From Lama glama (taxonomy: Eukaryota), in NCBI GenBank assembly GCA_028534125.1, contig CM052816.1, positions 95,854,001 to 95,918,000 of the forward strand: 64,000 nucleotides of DNA, written 5' to 3'. Under the pieces are notes generated by a model. The model saw only the letters and a list, made by a program, of their open reading frames with translations. It was not told the DNA's origin and ran no database searches. The position numbers and the translations under genes were made by a program. This document shows, one piece after another, positions 26,701 to 36,352 of the stretch (positions within the stretch are counted from its first letter, which is position 1; each line of letters starts with the position of its first letter).

Positions 26701-28204
26701 GACTACAGAAAATTATAATAAAAGGTTGCCTTTGGGTTTCCATTTCTAACATATTACCTTTGTAATTTAAATTATGTTGGACCAATTTTACCTTATGAAT
26801 GCCTGAAGAGCCTTGGGTACCACTGTTGAATTTTTTTTTCCTTCACATTTTGAGAAAGGACTGCAAATTCCTGTGTCTATACTTTGCAATCAACATTGGT
26901 GGGATGCAGGTACCTATATTTGGGGTTCACACACCTCTCCCCCAAAACATGGTCATTGGTTACACCTTGGGAGGACCATAGCCACCATGTCCTGTCCACT
27001 AGTTTCCCACCATTACTCCATCCTGCTCCCTTGAAGGCTGCACCAGTCACAACAAAGTCGAGTAAACCCCCAGCATCCGCTCTTCTAGAACACAACATCT
27101 GACTGCTCCCTGGAACGAGTCACAGGGAACTATGCATCTTTGGGATTCTGCTTTCTCTTTCTTCATACAATAAGGAGTTGGCACAAATAAGCATTAATAA
27201 CCTTTGCAGATCTGATGTAATGTGGTTCTGTATTAAGTTTACTATATTGAATTCAGAAAGTCAAGTTCATGGTTTCTTCACTCCCTCTGAATCAGGGAGA
27301 TTTGCTCTATTTCCTAGTCACAGATTTTACCCTTCATCCTACCCATTTGTCCCACAGATGTTCACATGAAGAGGATGTTAGATAATTGTGGGTAGATGGA
27401 ATAATATTCTCTGCCATAGGAAAAATGTTGCAAAGATTATGTAATACTGAAGTTTGACTAGCAACACCTCCGTGAAGCTGGGAAGCTTTGTTCAGTTTCT
27501 CATTGCTGTTCACTCAGCAGACCTTTACAGAGCATCACCACATATACCCCCACATACATGTCTATTCTTGGATGCAAGGCATGGGGCCAGTGTCCCCAAA
27601 CCACATGAAGTGGGGAAACCACAAAGCCTGCTCCCAGCTGTGGGGGAAACGAAGAAAGAAGCAACAATCTGACTCTTCCAGAAGTTGACAAAAATTATGT
27701 CTGGAGAAGTCTGTCTCAAGGGGGAGAAGGAGGAACAAGTCTCTATGCATGAAAACCCAAAATGCCGAGTTCTACCATTTCATTGTAATTCCTAGGTAGT
27801 AATCCTTTCTTTGAGGGGCAGGAAAAAGGGACTTGGTTGGTAGGTTAAAAGGGGACCAGTCAAGATTGGACCAGGGAAGAAATGGTGGTCTGGGTTTCAA
27901 GACCACATATGCAGCAGGTCTATCCACGTGTCCAATCCAATGGTTGCAACCAACATATATGCCAATGCCTACTAAAGTCTTTTGGACCATGCATCCTCTG
28001 GACAAAGTATAACCAATCACTATAAAGGCCAGGAATATTCTCTGCAGAGAGGACTGAATAAAACTTCTGATGTCCATATGGTACCCTGATGCTTTGTAAA
28101 TTCTTCCTATGGCACAATAACACTCTGAGCTGTCAGAATGACTGCGTGATGGGGAAGGAATCATCCAGTGGTGCTGAATGTTTAAGGACACCTATAGTAT
28201 TTAA

Positions 28205-28405
28205 CATCAGATTTTGGTCCACATCTTGAAAATGCTACTTTTTAACTGCATGACTGAGGGTAATCTCCAATCCTCTGTGAACCTCAATTTCATCATCTCT
28301 AAAGTGGAGGTAATGTTGATTTCATAGAGTTGTCAAGATGGCCAATCGATAACTAGGTCTGTCAATTGCTTAGCATTTTAAGTGCTAAATAAATGGTAAG
28401 TATTC
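28205..28405 (+). mobile_element. MIR fragment
   Basis: ctctgtgaacctcaatttcatcatctctaaagtggaggtaat core. Confidence 0.7.
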
Positions 28406-28789
28406 TGCCCTTTCCCCAAAGCCTCTGGCTTCAGATTCTTTCCTGTGAATTCTTTCCATTCCCAAAGAGACAGATAATTCCCGTGGAATTCAAACTGTTC
28501 TGGTGCATAGAAAATAAGGGAAGCTTAACAATGTTTTTATAAATCCAGCATAACATGGATAATCAAATTTATCAAATATAGCCCAGGAAATCTCCAGACC
28601 AATCTTCCTTGTGATAAAGGGTTGATATTTCTAAATTAAACAGCAAATAAACTCAGCCATGTATAAAGAGATTAGGCTGCCATGACTAGTGGGGTTGCCT
28701 TCAGGGATGCAAGTGTTAACTCCCACACTCTGCCGTCAGCATGCCTCCTTCCACAGAGAGAGGACAGGATGGCTGGAGTGACGTGAATG

Positions 28790-30930
28790 CACAAAATAAT
28801 TTCTTACTTGCAGTGCTCGGACACTCCAGTTGGCAATCTCTTCCCTACGTAATCTTGTCCATCTTCATGCCTTTAAATATCATCTCTATTCAATTAAATA
28901 CCAAGTGCATATTTCTAGCCCTTGTGGCTCCCCAAAACTCCAAATTTATCACCACCACTGCTTAAAAGCATTTCTTCCTGGAGTAGGCACCTCAGACAGA
29001 AAATGTCTACAATAAAACTTTATTTTTTTTTTTAAATTGAAGTATAGTTGATTTACAATGTTGTGTTAATTTCCGGTATACGGCATAGTGATTCAGTTAT
29101 ACACACAAATATATGTGTATTCTTTTTCATATTCTTTTCCATTATAGGTTATTACAAGCTATTAAATATAGTTTCCTGTGCTGTACAGTAGGACCTTGTT
29201 GTTTATCTATTGTATATATATTGTTTGTATATGCTAATCCCAAACTCCTAATTTATCCCTCTCTCCACTTTCCCCTTTGGTAACTATAAGTTTGTTTTCT
29301 ATGTCTGTGAGTCTGCTTCTGTTTTGTAAATAAGTTGATTTGTGTCATATTTTTAGATTCCACATACAGGTGATATCATATGGTGTTTGTCTTTCTGTTT
29401 CTGGCTCACTTCACTTAGTATGATGATCTCTCGGTCCATCTGTGTTGCTGCAAATGGTGTTATTTTATTCTTTTTTATGACTGAGGAGTATTCCAGTGTG
29501 GAAATATACCTCAGCTTCTTTATGTAATCATCTGTTGATGGACATTTCTGTTGCTTCCATGTCTTGATTATTGTAAATAGTGCTACTATGAACATTGGGG
29601 TGCACATATATTTTTGAATTAGAGTTTCCTCTGGATATATGCCCAGGAGTGGGATTGCTGGATCCTATGATTACTCTATTTTTAGTTTTTTAAGGGCTTT
29701 CCATACTGTTTTCTATAGTGGCCACATCAAATTACATTCCCACCAGCAATACAGGAGGATTCCCTTTTCTCCACACCCTTTCCAGCATTTATCATTTGTG
29801 GACTTTTTAATGATGGCCATTCTGACCAGTGTGAAGTGATATCTCATTATAGTTTTGATTTGCATTTCTCTGATAATCAGTGACATTGAGCATCTTTTCA
29901 CGTGCCTGTTGGCCATCCGTATGCCTTCATTGGAGAAATGTCTCTTTAGGTCTTCTGACCATCTTTTGATTGGGTTGCTTGGTTTTTTGTTACCGAGTTG
30001 TACGATCTATTTGTATATTCTGTAAGTTAAGCCTTCACCTGTTAACATCATTTGCAAAGATTTTTCTCCACGTCTATAGGTTGTCTTTTTGTTTTGCTTA
30101 TAGTTTCCATTGCTGTGCAAAAACTTATACGTTTAATTAGGTTCCATTTGTAGATTTTTGCTTTTATTTCTATTGTCTAAAATAGAACTCTTGACATTAA
30201 CTCCCCTCCAATCTTCTCTTCTTAAACAATGACACTATTGCTCCCTAGAGGGGCAGGCCAACAACCCAAAAGTCGTTCTTAATTTCTCTCTTGCCCTCAC
30301 TGCCCTCACTTCCTCTATCAAAGTCATTTGAAATCCCTGTTGGGGTTTAAATCTGGACATTTCTTTCTACCCTCTTTTGCCAATCTGCTTTAAGGCAACA
30401 GCAGCCCTTGCCTATTCCACCGCCACAGACTTCAGATTGGCCCTTCCACTCCCACTCTCTTCCCTGACCCCCAAGTCTGTCCTCAGAGTAAGTCTTTTCT
30501 CTTCTTTTTCCTTTTCTCTTTTTCCCTCTTTTCTTTTCTTTTCTTTTTATACAGCAGTGTAAATATTTTAGAACACAGATCTAATTAGAACAAATCCTTC
30601 TTCTGTCCCATCCCCCGAACACTCGCACAAACTTTGCAATGGTTTCCCATCACACTGAGGATGTAACCTCGTCCTTACTGTGACCCAAAACCCTCCGTGA
30701 CCTGGCCATGCCTGCCCATCCATTCTCCTCTTCTCGGGCTCTCCCTTAGCTCGTGCCATGCCAAGCACCGCAATATTTAAGCCTTTGTTTTCCTGGAACA
30801 CTTCAAGTTTTTTATTCAAGGGAGACATTGCTATCTCCTGCCCTCTCCACTTGGAATGGTCACCCCCTAGATATCCATAGCTGATTCCTTCTCATTCAGT
30901 TCTCTTTTCAATTATCACTTCCTCAATGAC
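28790..30930 (+). mobile_element. LINE-2 fragment split by a LINE-1 insertion (L2 parts ~28790-29019 and ~30174-30930)
   Basis: L2 phrases (ctttaaatatcatctctat..., tgtctaaaatagaactcttga..., caatggtttcccatcacactgagga) resume collinearly after the L1. Confidence 0.75.
29020..30173 (-). mobile_element. Artiodactyl/camelid-type LINE-1, 5'-truncated, with poly(A) and TSD
   Basis: Minus-strand ORFs [22 protein letters not shown]...CWWEC and CTPMFIVALFTIIKTWKQQKCP match the L1 ORF2 C-terminus. T-run at 29020-29033. TSD tgtctacaataaaact (29004-29019) / tgtctaaaatagaact (30174-30189). Confidence 0.95.
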
Positions 30931-30934
30931 ATGT

Positions 30935-31080
30935 GAAGAAAAGGAGGAAGAGAGGAAGGGGGAAGGGAGAGAGGGGAGGAGGGTGGGAGGGAGGAGAGAG
31001 CGAAGGAAGGATGGAGACAGGAAGAAGGAAAAGTAAGGAGGACAAGGGGAAGGAAGAAGGGAGGGAAGAAGCAAGGCAGG
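30935..31080. repeat. GA-rich low-complexity tract
   Basis: Purine-rich (GGAA/GAG)n-like sequence. Confidence 0.85.
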
Positions 31081-33189
31081 AGTTGAGATTCCACAGCTCA
31101 GTTTGGAGCAGAAGATAAAACTGGAAGAACCAGAGATTATTCGTGCGATGTTAAGTGCAGCATCTCTTTCCTGGTTGTAACTAACAAGGGGTTCTTGCTT
31201 GTAAAGCACTTCAAGTTCTTTATGTGAAAGCCTTAGACTCAGTGTATTACACTGCTCCATTATTCTATTTGCTGCGATGCAAGTGCATTCCCAAACACTG
31301 AGAGGAGTAAGGAAAAGCGCAGAAATATATTACCAGGGTGAACAGAGACGAGAAGGAACAAGCATATGAGTGACCTGAATGTTAAAGGCAAACATTTCAG
31401 TCCAAAGATCAACTGCAAATTCAAGTGGAGAGAAGCAAATGAATGGATTTAAAGAATTATTAGTCTGAAAGAGTCTGGAGCTTTTTAGCCAAAATGCTGT
31501 GAATTTTAGATGGAATAAATCCCATATAGGCTTTCCAAGGGCTGAGCGATGCTCAGGAAAGTTTCAGAAAGGATGTCTGCATTCGTGTGCCCAGAGTCTA
31601 TTTCTCTCTTATTTGAACGATCTTATTAAATATACAATAATGTTAATACAGACGCACGTTCCTTAAAGCAGGAATTGGTCCCTTGATAATGAAGTGGGAA
31701 GACCCACTTGGGGAAGGTATTAAAACCATCGCTCACTTTCACAATGACTCTAATCCCAAAGTAGATGTCCGCGTTCCGCTGGAAAGCGGAAAGATGATCA
31801 TTATAGCCTTCTACCTGGTGAGAAGCTTGCCAATGTCAATCTAACGGCATGTGGAAAAAAAATCGCACTTTCTTTGAAAGAGCTGAGTGATTTGAATATA
31901 AATAAGCAACTCTTTCCGCCTGTCAGTTACCCCAAGAATATTTGGTATTGTCTCCTTTAATGACTGCTCATTACAGATGAGTGCCAGCGAGCAGATTTAA
32001 TCAGGGTAATACGGGGTAATCATCATGTGAATTTCTCCACATCAGGATTTGTTCCATCTGTTCCGAGCCATTTGTCCATGTAAAACTGTCACCATTCCGA
32101 GCTGATGACTGACAGGTGAGGCCAGACTTGTACACTTTTCATCTCAGAGTCAGAAATTCTCTGGTGTGTCTTTCTCACTAAAACAAATGGCTTTAAAGAC
32201 ACAAAGAGCTTCTCTATGCAGGACCATTTTCCCCTCTGTTTGGTTTGTTGTGTTGCTCATTGAAATACTTAGCTCACCCTCACTCAGCGCAAGAGCAGAC
32301 CAACCTCCATCCTTATCTTGATGGACGTGGTAGAACCTAAGGGGGAGGCTGGACCACGCAACCTCAGAGGTCTTCCCAGCAGCACTGAAATGCAGCCGCC
32401 CCCAGGGCTGAACGGGACATTGGTTCAGGGGCCACACGACTGCTGCGCCCCTAGGGACAGATGTCTCCTTTTGCTGTCCTTCCATATAAGAAGTGCACGT
32501 CTCTGGGAGCTGGTGGCGCTTTTCCAAGAACAATGTGCCTTCAGCAGCCTTTGTGTGTGCTCACTGAAGAGAATGGGGATGGAAATTGTTTAATGAGAAA
32601 AAGTAGCGTAAGCCTCATAAGTTTTTATCTTTTACTCCACGGGTTCCCACATCAGAAGACCTGTTCTACATGAAGTCACGTTTTCTAGGAAGAATTGCTT
32701 CTCCTCCCCAAGCTAGCTCTGACAGAAGTCATAATAGAATATTTGACCTAGAATATTCAAGAATCAAGATGCTTGAATCCAAAAGACAAACAGCATGTTA
32801 ATAAGTAGAATTGGACACAGCTGTTTCCTTTAAGTCTTTGGAGTGCGGTGTGTGATCGCCGTGAGCTCCCTGTCAGTGCTGAAGGACTACGTTGCTATTG
32901 TAGACTCGGAATAGAATTTTTTTTTTCCAGTTTTCCCTTCAGGGTTACCATGACTGTTTGGCAACACTGAAGTGCGCGGACCAGGCACCATGTTAATGTC
33001 ATGGCAATACTGGGGTGCCAGGGAGGAGGCAGATGCCGGTTCTGTGACCCGATGTCTCTAGGAACAGAGGTTAGAAAACAAAAGCTCTCTTTCAAAGTGA
33101 CTTTGTAGTATTTCTTTCTCCTTCCTTTGCTATGAAGCCCCTAATATAATTGAGTTTGGTTCTACTTAGCAAAGCTACCACCTGCCCAA

Positions 33190-33345
33190 CGCCCAAAGGG
33201 TGAATGCACTCCGGGGATGAGAAGGCCCGGGTACGCCCTCCCAGGGCGGAGCTGCGAGGCGCAGGGGGGCACCTGCACCCGCAGGCGGAGTGACCCGTGC
33301 GGTGACGGAGGGCGGACTGAGAAACCACGGATGCGTAAAACACGC
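33190..33345 (+). promoter_or_regulatory. Small CpG cluster with GC boxes, candidate TAS2R1 upstream promoter or enhancer
   Basis: About 16 CpG in ~155 bp by hand count. GGGCGG at 33244-33249 and 33310-33315. Lies ~1.8 kb upstream of the TAS2R1 ATG. Confidence 0.4.
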
Positions 33346-33933
33346 AAAATAGGCAAGTTCTCAGTCATTTTTTCCTTCCCCCCGAGGGAGAAGAAGGAGG
33401 TGTAGGTAGATTGTCATGCTTGAAGCTGGGGTTGTTTTGATCGCATCCACTCACGAACTGCCTCCCTCAACGCCTCCTTGAAGATGTTCCTGGCTGTTCC
33501 GACGTCGCATTGAAGTTGTGGCACAAAGAACAAGGTAGGGACCTATGTGGCGCAGACACTCCACGTTCAGAGGATGAGAAAGTAACCGGATAGTTACTGT
33601 CAGAGCTACTGGTTTCCTACGGGTTCCCTTCCAGTTTTCTCAAAGTAAGATTCATCCTGAGCGCCCTTTATGACACCTTCGGATGAAGCAACAGGGACCC
33701 ATAAGGACCCGTGCCCCTTGGGGGTCTGCTGGGACCGTTACGATCAAGTGGCAGGTTGGAAAGGCTCCAACTCCACAAATGTTTAATAAGCTCTGCCCCC
33801 GCCTTGTGCTCTGGTGGTGAATTTTCCAAAGGACCAATTTAGTTTTATGGCACATTGTACAAGGAGGCTTGAGATTCTGAATGCCTTGGGGACAGAAACT
33901 GCTTTATCCACCTTTGTCCCCACAGTGTCAAGA

Positions 33934-34153
33934 CAGTGACATTCCACAGGGGGTGATTTTGCCACTCAGGGAACATTCTGCAACGTCTGGAGACTTTTGG
34001 GTCGTCACACTTGGGGCGGGGGGGGGTATCCTGCTGGCATCTGGGGGTAGAGGCCGGGGGGGTGCTGGTAGACATCCTACATGGTGCAGGGCAGCATCTC
34101 CCCAATAAATACCCAACCCCAAATGTCAACAGTGTCGAGGCTGAGAAAACCTG
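33934..34153 (+). mobile_element. MER20 hAT-Charlie element
   Basis: gggggtgattttgcc..cagggaacatt..gcaacgtctggagac...ccaaatgtcaacagtgtcgaggctgagaaaacctg. Confidence 0.9.
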
Positions 34154-35105
34154 ATTTAGCATCTGACTCCTCGCACAGAAAATATTCTAATAAACGCTAA
34201 CTTAATTTTTCCAGAAATAGTCTGCTAGATAGTTATAACAACAAATTGAATCATGTCGTCTTTTATCATTACTTTCCCCCCCGGGACAACTAGCTCACAT
34301 CATAAAATTATCATAGTTCTGAAAAAATAACGGAAAAGTTCTGAAGCCCTGCATTATCCCGTAGGGGGCTGGTTACTGGTGGGAGTGGTGTTGAATGACC
34401 GCTGGTTTTCTTGTATACCACCTTCCTTTGAGCTTTTGACCTCTCGTGCACATATGCGTGTAAGCCTAATTATTTTACATCTATATTTTGTAATGCTTTG
34501 TATTTTATCACATATATTTTATCATATGACTGTTTTAAATTCTAGGCGGTCCTGAACGGCTCACCCAGAGCGTGTTGGAAAACAATTACTTAGGGCTATT
34601 ATGTTGCTGATAGTACTGTGTCATGAGAGCAGAAATGATGGTTTCAAAACAGTTTTCTGTAAAGAATACCTCATAAACATTAAGTAGAAACACACCTATA
34701 GGCACAATGAAGTATTCACAGTGGAGGTGACGGATGGAGGGGCTTCCACTGATTGTGTAGCGGAGGGGCCCGAGCCCCACCCCTGAGGGTGTCTGATTTC
34801 ACCATTTGCTTGTGATGAATCTGAAAGGTGAGTAGACCTGGAAAATGCAAACACCATCATTAAGAAGCAAATTGTTGCTAGAGTATCTCTTTCGTATTTG
34901 ACTGCCGGGAACAAACTGAGAAAACAGTGATACAGACAGATGTCCCCCACGTTCCTACCTCACTGCCTTTCTTGTCAGCGTCGTGTCCCCCAAAGGGGTC
35001 CTAATCTCATTGAAGAAAAACAAAAAACTTGAATAATCCAAACTGTCCCCAAATCTATACCTACCTCTTTTTTTTTTTTGAGTAACTGATTTTTTTCTTC
35101 TCGAA

Positions 35106-35993
35106 ATGCTGGAGTCACAGCTCATTAGCCATCTTCTCTTGACAGCGATTCAGCTTCTCATTGGGCTTTTTGTAAATGCCATCATTGTGGTTGTGCACGG
35201 CACGGGCTTGATCAAGCACAGAAAGATGATTCCGTTGGAGGCCCTTGTTTCCTGCCTGGCGATGTCCAGGATCTGTCTAGAGCTGGCCATCTTCTACCTT
35301 AATCTGGCTGTTTTTAACTTGATTGACATCCGTCAGTTTGTCGGGAAGTTTGTGATTCTCTCCTTTGTAAATGAACTGGGGCTGTGGTTTGCCACATGGC
35401 TCAGCGTCTTCTACTGCATTAAGATTGCCAGGATCGCTCACCCTCTCTTCCTCTGGTTGAAGCTGAAGATCTCCAAGCTGGTTCCTTGGCTGATTCTGGG
35501 GTCCCTCCTACATGCATCTAGCACCTGTGTCTTCCACAGCAAACAGCCATGGATCTTTTCCGAAGACCTCCTGGGCTTTTCCTCTCAAAATGCAACAGCT
35601 GAAAGCGAAGACATCGCTACTTTGCGGTTCGCCCTTCTCTTCGCTGAGCTCTCCTTGCCGTCACTCATCTTCCTCGTTTCTGCCCTGCTCCTGCTGGTCT
35701 CCCTGGGGAGACACACCTGGCAGATGAGAAACACAGCCGCAGGCCCTTGCCCCCATGTGCACATCAGGTCCCTCCTGTCCATCTTCGCCTTCCTGGTCCT
35801 CTACCTCTGCCACTACCTGACGGTTCTTTTGCTCTTTTCTCAAGTTTTCAAACTTACAAGCCTCAGATTTCTGTTCTGCATCTCCCTGGTTGGTTCCTGC
35901 CACTCCGGACACTCTATTATCTTAATTTTAGGAAATCCTAAACTGAAACAAAATGTGGAGAAGTTGCTCCTCCATAGAAAGTGCTGTCAGTGA
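35106..35993 (+). CDS. TAS2R1: Bitter taste receptor type 2 member 1 (TAS2R1 ortholog), intronless 7-TM GPCR, 295 aa
   Basis: Uninterrupted ATG..TGA ORF. The N-terminus MLESQLI and C-terminus GHSIILILGNPKLKQN..LLHRKCCQ match TAS2R1 as I recall it. TAS2R motifs present: LAMSR (TM2), FYCIKIA..HPLFLWLK (TM3/ICL2), NAT sequon in ECL2 (N162), SLGRH..QMR (TM5), HSIILIL (TM7). Confidence 0.97.
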   Translation: MLESQLISHLLLTAIQLLIGLFVNAIIVVVHGTGLIKHRKMIPLEALVSCLAMSRICLELAIFYLNLAVFNLIDIRQFVGKFVILSFVNELGLWFATWLSVFYCIKIARIAHPLFLWLKLKISKLVPWLILGSLLHASSTCVFHSKQPWIFSEDLLGFSSQNATAESEDIATLRFALLFAELSLPSLIFLVSALLLLVSLGRHTWQMRNTAAGPCPHVHIRSLLSIFAFLVLYLCHYLTVLLLFSQVFKLTSLRFLFCISLVGSCHSGHSIILILGNPKLKQNVEKLLLHRKCCQ

Positions 35994-36199
35994 GAGAGAA
36001 CTTTGATCCCTTCAAAGAATTGGCCATTCAGTGAGGTAAGAGTGCCTGCCGCGCCTCCCCCAGCCAAACAAAGAGGCCTGTCCATAAATACACAGAACGT
36101 CAGCTAAAGACTGTTTGTCCAAACTGAGACATTTTTGTGGATTGGTTCCTTTGTCAAAGGGTTACAATGATTTTCAAAGCATAACACATGTGGGTGGAT

Positions 36200-36352
36200 G
36201 ACATCAGTGTCAGTTTTCTCGCTGTGACATTATTCCATCTTCTTGCAAGATGTCACCTAGTTGGGGAAGGCTGGGTAAGTGGTGGGGGGACCTTTCCATA
36301 TTGTTTCTTCCAACAGCATGTGAATCTACAAGTATCTCCAAATAAAAAGTTC
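36200..36352 (+). mobile_element. Old LINE-1 3' terminus (L1MC/MD-like) ending in AATAAA
   Basis: gcaagatgtcacc...ggggaaggctgggtaag...caacagcatgtgaatctacaagtatctccaaataaaaagtt. Confidence 0.8.

Noticed and set aside
27772..28191. 139-aa ORF or possible retroviral internal sequence
   Set aside because: No recognisable gag, pol or env motif in the frames I examined, and the ORF has a non-ATG start.
30892..31260. Low-complexity ORFs over the GA-rich tract (likewise 59185-59514 over the TTTC repeat)
   Set aside because: They are stop-free only because of simple-repeat composition.
31774..31791. ttccgct-ggaa-agcggaa hairpin with a GNRA loop (also the AT-rich palindrome at 15613-15629)
   Set aside because: 7-8-bp stems are expected by chance in 64 kb and there is no surrounding ncRNA context.
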